A stretch of 64,000 nt of DNA from Escherichia phage 241. The DNA is taken from the sequence record OR924452; one strand, written 5' to 3'. The position numbers and the translations under genes are program-made. How positions within the stretch are numbered: the stretch's first letter is position 1; the number at the start of each line of letters is the position of its first letter. Under the pieces are notes generated by a model. The model made no database searches and was not told the DNA's origin. It was given only the letters and a program-made list of their open reading frames with translations. Of this stretch, positions 10,156 to 19,765 are shown in pieces.

Positions 10156-10854
10156 ATGGCCAGACCATTTGAAAAATATTTCTACCATGAATCGTTGTTG
10201 AAATACATTCATGTCTTCAACGCTATCATGTCAGATTTAAAAGTCAAAACCGAACGTGGCTTGATGGAAATCCCGCTGCATATGGCTATTGGCCGTCGCA
10301 ATGACCTCAACAGGAACGTGCCAGCCAATATGCTGCCATTTGCGACTATGTCCTTCGGTCAATTTGAAATTAATAAACAAGTGACCAAGTCGTATCATAA
10401 TCAGATATCGACTGCAACTGCGCGGTCCAAACAACGAATTCCGATCATTATAGATTTTGAATATAACATCAGAACGAAGAAACTGGTCGAAATGCTACAG
10501 GTGTTGGAACAAATTTATTCTGTGTTCACTCCTTCTATTGATTGTCAGATAAAAGACAACGATACGTTATCTCAAGATCAAAACGTGAAGATTATGTTGA
10601 CGTCCCATACCATTTCCGATAACTGGGAAGGGGATGCCGCTGAATCACCCCATATAGATTGCACCTTTAATTTTCAATTACATGGGCACATTTATGGCGA
10701 AGATTATTGGGTCGATGACGGCTCTGGCGGTGGTGATCCGAACGTTATCAAAGAGATAATTATTGAAATGTCTAATGATTTGAACACGCCATGGTCGGAA
10801 CTGCCTGAGTGGTTCCGAGTTGACAAAGATGGCATACATCATCCGGAGGATTGA
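10156..10854 (+). CDS. tail sheath stabiliser / tail completion protein, T4 gp15-like
   Basis: Synteny between gp14-like gene and terminase genes. Confidence 0.55.
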   Translation: MARPFEKYFYHESLLKYIHVFNAIMSDLKVKTERGLMEIPLHMAIGRRNDLNRNVPANMLPFATMSFGQFEINKQVTKSYHNQISTATARSKQRIPIIIDFEYNIRTKKLVEMLQVLEQIYSVFTPSIDCQIKDNDTLSQDQNVKIMLTSHTISDNWEGDAAESPHIDCTFNFQLHGHIYGEDYWVDDGSGGGDPNVIKEIIIEMSNDLNTPWSELPEWFRVDKDGIHHPED

Positions 10855-10856
10855 TC

Positions 10857-11537
10857 ATGAGCAATATGTCAGAAAGGTTACTTGCGACGCTAGACGCGGT
10901 GACTGCCAGAGATGAAGTTGGTAAGGAGGCGATGGAAGCCGTCTCTCCACGTCCAGGTATTGACTTCGATGAAAAAACGGGCGAGTGGTTTGGTGAACGC
11001 CCAGAAGGTTATCAGCCGATTCCAGAACCTCCATCATTGGAAGATATCGCGTCCAAAGAATCCAAGGTTCCGGAGTTTGCGGATACTGATGCCACAACAG
11101 ATTACAAGCGAATACGCGATACGACATACGCCATGCAGGAAGCCACGATGTTCATGATGGGGCAAGCTGCTAAATTAGCTGCATCTACCGAAGCCCCAAG
11201 AGCGTTTTCTGTGTTTCGTGAATTGGGCGAACTCATGCGCGGCCTGAACAAAGACCTGATGGAAAACCAAAAAACCATCAAAGCTGTGACAGGGGATAAA
11301 GAACCGCCGACTGATGACACAACCGTGGATGTTACCACTTCACCCGACGGGACCACAACAGTATCTGTTGGGAAGAAAGCGAGATCTTCGCGCGATTTAT
11401 TGAAAACGATCGAAGATGCACGCCGCCGCGCTGAAGAACGCGCTCAGGCAAAAGCCACCCAACAAACCGAAGATGAAATTATCGACGGTGAAACGGTTGA
11501 CGTGAAGGAAAAAGACGATGGCGTATCAGAAGCGTGA
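10857..11537 (+). CDS. terminase small subunit, T4 gp16-like
   Basis: Immediately upstream of and overlapping the large terminase gene; GGAGGA RBS before ATG 10857; acidic/charged C-terminal region. Confidence 0.55.
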   Translation: MSNMSERLLATLDAVTARDEVGKEAMEAVSPRPGIDFDEKTGEWFGERPEGYQPIPEPPSLEDIASKESKVPEFADTDATTDYKRIRDTTYAMQEATMFMMGQAAKLAASTEAPRAFSVFRELGELMRGLNKDLMENQKTIKAVTGDKEPPTDDTTVDVTTSPDGTTTVSVGKKARSSRDLLKTIEDARRRAEERAQAKATQQTEDEIIDGETVDVKEKDDGVSEA

Positions 11538-13728
11538 TATAGAATATGCTCCGATAAAAACGGGGTTTAAAATCGACGACGTGAAATTGCGTATGGACCA
11601 GACGTTCATGCGCAAGCCTTCTGTGCGCGCTCCACGAGTCGAGTTGATGCTAACAGATGAACAAGAAGACGAATTTGTTGAATGTTCAATGGACGCACAT
11701 TACTTCGCTGCCAATTACTACAAGATAACGACAATCGATAAAGGCTTTATCCTTTTCGATATGCATGATTATCAGAAACAATTATTTCACGATTTTCAAG
11801 ATTATCGTTTCAATGCCGTTGTCCAGGCGCGTCAGTCCGGTAAATGCGTCCGTGGTGATACTCTTGTTTATGTCTATGATACAGTCAGTCAACAAGAGTT
11901 GCATCTCACCATAGAAGAGCTTCACAAGCGCTTCGAAGGACCGAACCATGCTGTGCCACTGAATACCATTGGCAACCACAATAAGTTTGTAGACAGCCGT
12001 TTCGGGAAACGATATTTTGTTGAGTCCGACACTGGCTGGGTTCCGGTTATTGCCGCTCATAAAACGAAAGAATACGCTGAATACGTGGTCAGGACTGAAA
12101 CCGGACGCACAATTCATGTCGCAGATGAGCACATGTTCTTCAATGAATATGGGCGCGAAGTATTTGCTAAAGACATGGAGGCCGGAGATGCCATAATGAC
12201 CCAGGAGGGAATAGAATTCATCTCTGAGATCTGGGAGACTGGTGAGTACCACCACATGTATGACTTGCAAGTCAAGTCCAGCGATCAACGTTATTACACG
12301 AATGGGTTCCTCAGCCATAATACCACGGTCGTGGCTGCGTTTCTTCTTTGGTATGCGATGTTCCACTCAGACAAAGAAATCGCGGTACTGGCAAACAAAG
12401 AGAAACAAGCGATTGAAATTCTTGACCGTATCAGGAAGGCGTATCAGGACCTCCCATTCTTCCTTCAGCAGGGTTGTGAGAAGTTTGGTTCTACACTGAT
12501 AGAGTTTGAGAACGGCTCTAAGATATATGCTTATGCAACGTCTTCGGACTCTATTCGTGGTCGTTCTGTATCTCTCTTGTACGTGGACGAAGTCGCGTTC
12601 ATCGAAAATGACTTTGAATTTTGGGAATCAACATTCCCAGCGATCGCATCTGCTGATACTTCACGTTGTATTCTTACCAGTACTCCGAAAGGCCAGCGAG
12701 GGTTGTTCTATGATATCGTCACCAAAGCAGACCCGCGCCATCCACAATACAACGATTTCCATCTTACCGAAGTCCCTTGGTACAAGGTTCCGGCGTACAC
12801 CAAAGACCCTGATTGGGAAACCAAACAACGCGCTCGTCTGGGGGATGCCCGTTTTGACCAGGAATTTGGAATCAAGTTCCGTGGTTCTGTAGGTTCATTG
12901 ATACCAGCCAAATGCTTGGATAAAATGACATCCAAGTTATATCGAGAGCCTAATGAGTTCACCAAAATTTACAAGGAATATGACCCGCAACGCATCTACT
13001 TCGGGATTGCAGATACGGGGAAAGGTGTTGAAGGAGATTATTCGGTTCTGACAATTCTGGATATAACGGAATACCCGCATGTCATAGCGGCCAAGTACAG
13101 GAACAATACAATACCTCCGATGATGTATGCATACACGATAGCTGATATGTGTACTGAATACGGGGAGTGTCCAGTCCTTGTAGAAACCAACAACGACGTT
13201 GGTGGACAGGTTATTACAATCTTGTATCAAGAAATTGAGTATCCAGAGATTATATTCACGTCGACGGATAACAAAGGGACAGGGAAACGGATTGGTGGTC
13301 GTAAACCAGAGCCAGGCATTAACACCAACAGGAAAGTGCGATCTATTGGTTGTGCTAACCTGAAAGCGCTTATTGAGAAAGAAATGTTGGTGATCGAAGA
13401 CCAAGACACGATAGATGAACTCAGCACATTCGTGTTCCGTGGTGCGCGTTATGAAGCAGATGATGGATGTCACGACGACTGCGTTATGCCGTTGGTATTA
13501 TATTCTTGGGCAGTTAAACAAGAATGGTTCAGTGATCTGACTTCTACCAGTATTTCTCAAGACATGAGAAATAGAATGTCTTCGACTGAGTCACAACAAG
13601 TATTCCCATTTGGTGGTTTAGTCGTGGGAGACACTCCATCTGGAACTGAGCATCTCCCTGGGTTCGGTGGTGTTCAAGTCTTCGACGAACGTTCAGGGAT
13701 GACAATGGACGAGTGGTTTAAGAATTGA
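11518..13728 (+). CDS. terminase large subunit, T4 gp17-like, interrupted by a mini-intein
   Basis: RFNAVVQARQSGK...TTVVAAFLLWYAMF matches T4 gp17 [24 protein letters not shown] once residues 110-268 are removed. Confidence 0.9.
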   Translation: MAYQKRDIEYAPIKTGFKIDDVKLRMDQTFMRKPSVRAPRVELMLTDEQEDEFVECSMDAHYFAANYYKITTIDKGFILFDMHDYQKQLFHDFQDYRFNAVVQARQSGKCVRGDTLVYVYDTVSQQELHLTIEELHKRFEGPNHAVPLNTIGNHNKFVDSRFGKRYFVESDTGWVPVIAAHKTKEYAEYVVRTETGRTIHVADEHMFFNEYGREVFAKDMEAGDAIMTQEGIEFISEIWETGEYHHMYDLQVKSSDQRYYTNGFLSHNTTVVAAFLLWYAMFHSDKEIAVLANKEKQAIEILDRIRKAYQDLPFFLQQGCEKFGSTLIEFENGSKIYAYATSSDSIRGRSVSLLYVDEVAFIENDFEFWESTFPAIASADTSRCILTSTPKGQRGLFYDIVTKADPRHPQYNDFHLTEVPWYKVPAYTKDPDWETKQRARLGDARFDQEFGIKFRGSVGSLIPAKCLDKMTSKLYREPNEFTKIYKEYDPQRIYFGIADTGKGVEGDYSVLTILDITEYPHVIAAKYRNNTIPPMMYAYTIADMCTEYGECPVLVETNNDVGGQVITILYQEIEYPEIIFTSTDNKGTGKRIGGRKPEPGINTNRKVRSIGCANLKALIEKEMLVIEDQDTIDELSTFVFRGARYEADDGCHDDCVMPLVLYSWAVKQEWFSDLTSTSISQDMRNRMSSTESQQVFPFGGLVVGDTPSGTEHLPGFGGVQVFDERSGMTMDEWFKN
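11845..12321 (+). mobile_element. mini-intein (159 aa) inserted in terminase Walker A motif between Lys and Thr of GKT
   Basis: Insert begins with Cys (CVRGDTLV), ends with His-Asn (FLSHN) and is followed by Thr; flanking exteins rejoin to a canonical P-loop; too short for an endonuclease domain. Confidence 0.8.
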
Positions 13729-13731
13729 TCA

Positions 13732-13739
13732 CTAAATAT
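13732..13739 (+). promoter_or_regulatory. late-promoter-like motif CTAAATAT
   Basis: About 40 nt upstream of sheath ATG 13781; followed by CTTTCAAATTGAG. Confidence 0.5.
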
Positions 13740-13780
13740 CTTTCAAATTGAGCGAAACTCTACCGAGAAGGAATAACATT

Positions 13781-15676
13781 ATGGCAACTCAAAGCTTCAG
13801 CGTTGCGCCGTCCGTACAGTGGACTGAGCGTGATGCCACGCTTCAGACTTCTCCGTCCGTGGTTGTTCAGGGCGCGACAGTCGGCAAATTTCAATGGGGT
13901 GAAGTCGAACTCCCAGTGCTGGTGACTGGTGGTGAGACGGGTTTGGTGAAGAAATTCTTCAAACCTAATGACAGCACTGCGACAGATTTCCTTGTGATTG
14001 CAGACTTTTTGTCTTACAGCTCTATGGCATGGGTGACTCGTGTTGTTGGTCCTCTGGCCAAGAACTCTGTCACCAAAGGCCAGACAGCCATCACGATCAA
14101 AAACAAGCTGGATTTTGAAACAGCAAGTCCGTCAGCGTCTATCACTTGGGCTGGTCGTTATCCAGGATCTCTGGGAAATGACATCGCCATCAATGTTTGT
14201 GACTCCGCTGGATTTCCGACCTGGGAATTCCGTAACAACTTTGCGTACGCACCTCAATCTGGTGAATTCCATGTTGTGGTTGTAGACAAAGTTGGGCGCA
14301 TTACTGACTCTGCAGGCGCAGTCGGTCAGGTTGATCGTATATCTGTTTCTGGCACGGCAACTGCAGCTGGCACCATCAGTGTGGCAGGTGAAGATATTGC
14401 ATATCTGGATACTGATACTCCGGCCACTTTGGCGACCAAAATCGGCGCGGCGCTGACGGCGCTGACAGATGTTTATTCTTCTGTCGTTGTTAAGTCTAAC
14501 ACTGTCATCGTGACCCATAAAGCTATTGGTCCCCAGACAGTTACTGCTATTGTTCCAGATGATAAGGGGCTGACTGCAACCGCCGTGATTACCACTGTTG
14601 GCGCATCTGGTTCTATTATCGAAAAATACGAACTCATGCAGAACACACAGGGTTCCAAAAAGTCCGATGGCGCGAATGCGTACTTCAAAGATGTCATCAA
14701 TGATACATCAAATTGGGTGTACACCTTCGCTACCGCTCTGGCCGCAGGTGTTGTTGAATTAGAAGGCGGCGTAGACGACTACAATATCAACCGTGTCGCG
14801 GCTATCCAAGTTCTGAACAACGCCGAAGCATATGATGCGAAGCCAGTATTTGCATACTGTGAAGAGTTGATTGAACAACAGGCATTAATCGACTTGTCTA
14901 CCGAGCGAAAAGACACCGTTTCCTTCGTGTCGCCTTTGCGTGATACTGTGGTCGGCAACCGTGGCCGTGAGATGGACGATGTGGTCGCTTGGCGTGAAAG
15001 TCTGGTGCGCGACTCCTCCTATTTCTTCATGGACGACAACTGGGCATACGTGTACGATAAATACAACGATAAGATGCGCTGGATCCCTGCTTGCGGCGGT
15101 ACAGCGGGTGTTTGGGCACGTAGTATTGAAATCGCGGGTATCTACAAATCTCCTGCGTTCCACAACCGTGGCAAATACAACAACTACAATCGAATGGCGT
15201 GGTCTGCGTCTTCCGATGAACGTGCCGTGTTGTACCGCAACCAGATTAACAGCATCGTGACCTTCTCCAATGAAGGTATCGTGTTGTATGGTGACAAAAC
15301 TGGTCTGACTCGTCCGTCTGCTTTCGATCGTATCAATGTTCGCGGTCTGTTTATTATGGCAGAACAGAACATCGCTGCAATCGCCAAATATTACCTTGGT
15401 GAGAACAATGATGCGTTCACTCGCAGTCTGTTCAGCAACGCTGTTCGTCCTTATATTCGCCAGCTGGCAAATATGGGTGCGATCTACGATGGTAAAGTCA
15501 AGTGTGACGAAGATAACAACACTGCTGACGTCATCGCGGCAAATCAGATGGTCGCTGGTATCTGGCTGAAACCGGAATACAGCATCAATTGGGTGTATCT
15601 TGACTTTGCTGCAGTTCGTCCGGATATGGAGTTCTCTGAAATTGAATCCGGCGGCGGCATCGTTGCTGCTTCTTAA
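13781..15676 (+). CDS. tail sheath protein, T4 gp18-like
   Basis: GKFQWGEVELPV...FLSYSSMAWVTRVVGP resembles T4 gp18 GKFQWGPAFQI...FLQYGNDLRVVRAV; ORF track start 13748 is TTG, ATG at 13781 has GAGAAGGAA RBS. Confidence 0.85.
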   Translation: MATQSFSVAPSVQWTERDATLQTSPSVVVQGATVGKFQWGEVELPVLVTGGETGLVKKFFKPNDSTATDFLVIADFLSYSSMAWVTRVVGPLAKNSVTKGQTAITIKNKLDFETASPSASITWAGRYPGSLGNDIAINVCDSAGFPTWEFRNNFAYAPQSGEFHVVVVDKVGRITDSAGAVGQVDRISVSGTATAAGTISVAGEDIAYLDTDTPATLATKIGAALTALTDVYSSVVVKSNTVIVTHKAIGPQTVTAIVPDDKGLTATAVITTVGASGSIIEKYELMQNTQGSKKSDGANAYFKDVINDTSNWVYTFATALAAGVVELEGGVDDYNINRVAAIQVLNNAEAYDAKPVFAYCEELIEQQALIDLSTERKDTVSFVSPLRDTVVGNRGREMDDVVAWRESLVRDSSYFFMDDNWAYVYDKYNDKMRWIPACGGTAGVWARSIEIAGIYKSPAFHNRGKYNNYNRMAWSASSDERAVLYRNQINSIVTFSNEGIVLYGDKTGLTRPSAFDRINVRGLFIMAEQNIAAIAKYYLGENNDAFTRSLFSNAVRPYIRQLANMGAIYDGKVKCDEDNNTADVIAANQMVAGIWLKPEYSINWVYLDFAAVRPDMEFSEIESGGGIVAAS

Positions 15677-15682
15677 AAGATC

Positions 15683-15708
15683 AACCCCGCTTCGGCGGGG
15701 TTTTCCTT
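15683..15708 (+). terminator. rho-independent terminator
   Basis: CCCCGC-TTCG-GCGGGG hairpin followed by TTTT, after sheath stop. Confidence 0.7.
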
Positions 15709-15732
15709 TATCCCACATATTTGAGTTATTGA

Positions 15733-16191
15733 ATGATATACGCATACAAAATTGAAATGGTTTGTAATGGAAAGGTCTACATCGGTGTGACCAATGACCC
15801 ACAACGAAGATATGATCAGCATTTTGCGAATGCCTTTCATCATGGAGTCCAAAGTGAATTGTATGACGCCATGCGTAAGTATGGAACATCTGGATTTACT
15901 TTCGTTGTAATTGCTCAGACCGATGAAGTCCATAAATGGGAATTAGAGAAGCAACTCATCGCTCAATATAATTCTTATGAGATGGGTTACAACATGAATA
16001 AAGGCGGTAATGATGGAAGTCATATGCTGGGTAAAACTGCAGCAAAATTGACATCCACAGGTGAACACATTGGTCTTGTTTCTCTCATAGATCCCCGTTG
16101 GGAATTGTGTGAAATCGAACCTGTTTCAAGTAATGTTCACCATGGTTTCGATCTTTCTTCTATGAAGATTAAAAGATTGACGACTAATTAG
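15733..16191 (+). CDS. GIY-YIG homing endonuclease (free-standing)
   Basis: N-terminal IYAYKIEMVCNGKVYIGVTNDPQRRYDQH matches GIY-x10-YIG with conserved Arg/His; inserted between sheath and tube genes. Confidence 0.7.
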   Translation: MIYAYKIEMVCNGKVYIGVTNDPQRRYDQHFANAFHHGVQSELYDAMRKYGTSGFTFVVIAQTDEVHKWELEKQLIAQYNSYEMGYNMNKGGNDGSHMLGKTAAKLTSTGEHIGLVSLIDPRWELCEIEPVSSNVHHGFDLSSMKIKRLTTN

Positions 16192-16221
16192 AATTGTGTA
16201 CTCTTATTTGGAGATATAAAA

Positions 16222-16755
16222 ATGGCGACAGTCAATGAGTTTCGCGCAGCCATGTCACGAGGGGGCGGCGTACAACGCCAACACCGCTGGCGTGTGACTG
16301 TAAACTTTCCTTCTTTTGTTGCTGGTTCCGACACAATTCGCGACGTGTCCTTGCTGGCTGTAACTACCAACACCCCGACAGGTCAGCTGGGTGAAATTCT
16401 GGTGCCCTGGGGTGGTCGTGAACTTCCATTCCCAGGCGACCGTCGTTTCGAAGCACTGCCTGTAACATTCATTAACGTTGTGAACAACGCGCCGTACAAC
16501 GCATTTGAAGTGTGGCAGCAATTCATCAATGGTAGTGAAAACAACCGCGCCAGCGCGAATCCAGATGATTATTTCCGTGATATCATCATGGAGCTTCTGG
16601 ATGCGAATGACAATGTCACCAAGACATGGACTTTGCAGGGTGGCTGGCCTCAAAACCTCGGCCAATTGGAACTCGATATGTCTGCGATGGACTCTTATAC
16701 ACAGTTCACCGTCGATCTGCGTTATTTCCAAGCCGTGTCAGACAAATCTTTATAA
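16222..16755 (+). CDS. tail tube protein, T4 gp19-like
   Basis: C-terminal GGWPQNLGQLELDMSAMDSYTQFTVDL resembles T4 gp19 GLWPTNVGELQLDWDSNNEIQTFEVTL. Confidence 0.8.
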   Translation: MATVNEFRAAMSRGGGVQRQHRWRVTVNFPSFVAGSDTIRDVSLLAVTTNTPTGQLGEILVPWGGRELPFPGDRRFEALPVTFINVVNNAPYNAFEVWQQFINGSENNRASANPDDYFRDIIMELLDANDNVTKTWTLQGGWPQNLGQLELDMSAMDSYTQFTVDLRYFQAVSDKSL

Positions 16756-16822
16756 TGTCCTCGGTGCTGGGGGAATCATATTCCCCCTCACTAATTACAA
16801 GAAAATGTTGAGGACTTAGATC

Positions 16823-18505
16823 ATGGCTGGATACGGCAGAGGGTTCTTCGGTTTGTTTGGCGGCGGCGGTTTGGTGAACGCTAAAGTCGACACCGATAAG
16901 TTAGCCCAAAAACAAGATGAACGGTTGCTAACCAAAGCGACAGTTGTTGCTCTGGACGACGCTCAAGACGGTTCTATAATCCTTCAGGGTGGTGCGAACA
17001 CCTACAACTATGTTGGCGTTGAAAGTGAACTTCTCAGCGTTAAAACAGTTGTGGAAGAATATCAGTCCATGGCTCAACAGCCTGAAATTCGCAAAGCGGT
17101 GGACATTATTGTCAATGATGTTGTCACCTGTGAGGAAGATGAAACTCCAGTGACAGTAAACCTTGACAAAGTTGAAGGGATATCTGATACTGTTAAAGAA
17201 TCTATCACTGAATGCTTCAAAGAAGTTATGCACTTGATGGACTTTGACAATACGGCATATCAGAAGATCCGGAAATGGTATGTTGACGGTCGACAAGCAT
17301 ATCATGTCATCGTTGATCCCACGAATAAAAAAGGCGGGATCAAGAAATTGGTTATGCTTGATTCTCGTTGCATTCGTCCTGTCTATATCGTTGAGAAGGC
17401 GATGCGTGAAGGTGGTATCGAAGCAATAGAATCTGTAACGCTGAAATATTATTACAACCCGAATTACAACCGGAACCAATTCACTGGTCAGTCAGGGACT
17501 TCTCAAAACTTCCAGCCTTCACAACAAGAACTCGTATTCGATGACGAAAGCATTGTTTACATCGATAGTGGTGAAGAGCCATTGGCCAATGGTATTGTCC
17601 CAGGCCTTTTAAATCCTGCTATCCGTCCGTTGAACAACCTGGTTACGACTGAAGATGCGACTGTAATTTATGCCATCACTCGCGCCCCTGAGAAACGCGC
17701 ATTCTATCTTGACGTCGGTACTCTCGGTAAGAAATCTGCTGAAGAATACATGACCATGATGATGGGTAAATTCAAAAACCGCAACGCATATGACCGCACC
17801 ACTGGTAAGATAACAGGTAATGCCCATCTTATGGGTATTGCAGAGGATTATTGGTTGCCGCGCCGCGAAGGTCAGAATGCTACAGAGATCGCGACTGTTG
17901 GTGGTGGGAATCAATTGGGCGAAATGGATCACGTGAACTATTTCCGTGAAAAACTCTATGATGCTCTAATGATCCCTAAGAGCCGCCTCCAAGAGGAAGG
18001 ATCTATTAACATTGGGGGTTCTAACCTTGCGGAGATTACACAGGAAGAGCTGCGTTTCAGCAAGTTCTGTGCTGGGTTACGTCGTCGTTACTCCCATTTC
18101 TTTATGGAGTTTTTACGTCGCCAATTAATTTTGAAAGGCGTGACTGACGAAAAAGATTGGAATGAAAAAATCAAGCCGTTTATTAAGTTTGAATTCACTT
18201 CTGATAGCTATATTCGTGAGCAACAAGAAAACGCCATATTAAATGATCGCCTGGCTTCTCTGAACACTGTTGAGCCTTTTGTTGGTTCTATATTCTCCAT
18301 CGATTATGTCATGCGGAATGTTCTGCGTATGTCAGACGAAGAAGTTAAAGAACAACAGGCTAAGATCGCGGAAGAGAAGAAGAAAGGTCTCTATCCGAAG
18401 GTTCAAGCAGATGAAACTGGCAATTATAGTGGTTCAGATGTTAGTCCGTTGAAGTTTAAACCTGAGACTATCCCATTCTCCGGTTCAACAGACGATAGTA
18501 TTTAA
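16823..18505 (+). CDS. portal vertex protein, T4 gp20-like
   Basis: WYVDGRQAYHVIVDP and VIYAITRAPEKRAFYLDVG...EDYWLPRREGQNATE match T4 gp20 blocks. Confidence 0.9.
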   Translation: MAGYGRGFFGLFGGGGLVNAKVDTDKLAQKQDERLLTKATVVALDDAQDGSIILQGGANTYNYVGVESELLSVKTVVEEYQSMAQQPEIRKAVDIIVNDVVTCEEDETPVTVNLDKVEGISDTVKESITECFKEVMHLMDFDNTAYQKIRKWYVDGRQAYHVIVDPTNKKGGIKKLVMLDSRCIRPVYIVEKAMREGGIEAIESVTLKYYYNPNYNRNQFTGQSGTSQNFQPSQQELVFDDESIVYIDSGEEPLANGIVPGLLNPAIRPLNNLVTTEDATVIYAITRAPEKRAFYLDVGTLGKKSAEEYMTMMMGKFKNRNAYDRTTGKITGNAHLMGIAEDYWLPRREGQNATEIATVGGGNQLGEMDHVNYFREKLYDALMIPKSRLQEEGSINIGGSNLAEITQEELRFSKFCAGLRRRYSHFFMEFLRRQLILKGVTDEKDWNEKIKPFIKFEFTSDSYIREQQENAILNDRLASLNTVEPFVGSIFSIDYVMRNVLRMSDEEVKEQQAKIAEEKKKGLYPKVQADETGNYSGSDVSPLKFKPETIPFSGSTDDSI

Positions 18506-18512
18506 AGTTCAA

Positions 18513-18520
18513 CTAAATAT
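18513..18520 (+). promoter_or_regulatory. late-promoter-like motif CTAAATAT
   Basis: About 25 nt upstream of ATG 18547. Confidence 0.45.
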
Positions 18521-18546
18521 AGAAAATTAATTCGGAGATCAAAATC

Positions 18547-18717
18547 ATGAGCGCAATTGATATCGTTCGTGCAGTAATTGACGGTGACACTGAAACTGCT
18601 GTTGCAGAATGCAACATGGAACTTGATGCACGTAGTCAAGAACTATTGAACCAAGGCACAGCATATGTTCTGGATTCTATCGCAGCCGATATGAATTCAA
18701 ACAACAACGGCCAGTAA
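18547..18717 (+). CDS. small head/prohead protein (56 aa), position of T4 gene 67/68
   Basis: Short ORF with GGAGA RBS between portal and prohead protease genes; below the ORF-track size cut-off. Confidence 0.35.
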   Translation: MSAIDIVRAVIDGDTETAVAECNMELDARSQELLNQGTAYVLDSIAADMNSNNNGQ

Positions 18718-18725
18718 GGAGATGC

Positions 18726-19043
18726 ATGATGGAAATCACAGAGATCGCCACGTTCGCTGATTTCCTGGCCTCTCGTATGGACGAGCAGCGAGTCATCGAT
18801 AAAGTGAACGCTCGTGGTAAACGCCGCCGCCGCTTGAAATGTGCCCCTGGGTTCAAATTGTCGGCTGATGGTTCACGTTGTGAAGTTATGGACGCCAGCG
18901 AACGTCGTGTTCGCAAGATCGGCAACCGCAAAGCCCTCCGCTCTAAAAAGCGTATGGGAATGGGCTATCAACGTAAAATCGAGCGCCGCAAGAAAAAGGC
19001 TATGAAGTTCCGCAAAATGATGGGACTGAGTAAGAACAAGTAA
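18726..19043 (+). CDS. prohead core / internal basic protein (105 aa)
   Basis: Highly basic Arg/Lys-rich protein between portal and prohead protease, where T4 encodes prohead core proteins. Confidence 0.45.
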   Translation: MMEITEIATFADFLASRMDEQRVIDKVNARGKRRRRLKCAPGFKLSADGSRCEVMDASERRVRKIGNRKALRSKKRMGMGYQRKIERRKKKAMKFRKMMGLSKNK

Positions 19044-19050
19044 GGAGTTT

Positions 19051-19719
19051 ATGATGAAACTGTTGCGTGAGATCACAGCGATAGGGAAGGATCTTCAAAT
19101 CGGTGAGGCCACAACCTCAACTGGTGGGAAGGCCATGTTCATCGAAGGTCCGTTTGTGATGTGTAACCAAGTCAACCGTAACGGGCGTAACTATGATCTA
19201 CAGAAAGTGGGTATTCCTGCTGTCGAAGCATACGACAAAGAGTATATCCAAGATCGTCGCGCAATCGGTGAAGTCACACATCCTGACTATCCTTTCCCTA
19301 ATTTAGTGGAAGCTGCGCTCAAAACCGAATCCCTTCGCTGGGAAGGCACTAATGCCATCGGTCGGGCGAGAATTTTAAACACACCAAAAGGCCAAATCAT
19401 TCGTGCATTGGCCGAAGCAGACTTCAATCTGGCCGTATCTACTCGTGGCCTGGGTGAGACTAAGTCGGTAAGCGGTTATGATGATGTTCAGCCTGGCTTT
19501 ATGCTTACCGCCGTTGACGCAGTTGACCGTCCTTCTGGACAAGTTTGTTATGTTAAGGCTGTGAGTGAATCTGTTGAATGGCAGCTGGACGAGGCTTCGG
19601 GTATTTGGATGCCTCGTGATGTTAAAGGGAAAGTTGTAGACCAGTTGGTGAAAGCCAATATCCAGGTTGAAGACGATTTCCTGCGCCGCCTTGATGCAGC
19701 ATTGAATCATCTGGGCTGA
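19051..19719 (+). CDS. prohead core protease, T4 gp21-like
   Basis: IGEVTHP, IGRARILN and VSTRGLGE match T4 gp21 GELNHP, YGRARVIEG, VSSRGLGS. Confidence 0.85.
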   Translation: MMKLLREITAIGKDLQIGEATTSTGGKAMFIEGPFVMCNQVNRNGRNYDLQKVGIPAVEAYDKEYIQDRRAIGEVTHPDYPFPNLVEAALKTESLRWEGTNAIGRARILNTPKGQIIRALAEADFNLAVSTRGLGETKSVSGYDDVQPGFMLTAVDAVDRPSGQVCYVKAVSESVEWQLDEASGIWMPRDVKGKVVDQLVKANIQVEDDFLRRLDAALNHLG

Positions 19720-19730
19720 ATTTCAGCTCA

Positions 19731-19738
19731 CTAAATAC
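19731..19738 (+). promoter_or_regulatory. late-promoter-like motif CTAAATAC
   Basis: About 27 nt upstream of ATG 19766. Confidence 0.45.
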
Positions 19739-19765
19739 TGAAAAATCGTTCAGAAGGAAACTATC

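Noticed and set aside
11782-12366. 194-aa minus-strand ORF overlapping the terminase intein region
   Set aside because: Antisense to the terminase/intein coding sequence, which has strong protein-level support
14885-15889. 334-aa minus-strand ORF inside the tail sheath gene
   Set aside because: Shadow ORF antisense to gp18-like gene; Arg/His/Cys-rich low-complexity translation
16255-16731. 158-aa minus-strand ORF inside the tail tube gene
   Set aside because: Antisense shadow ORF; the + strand gene has a family match
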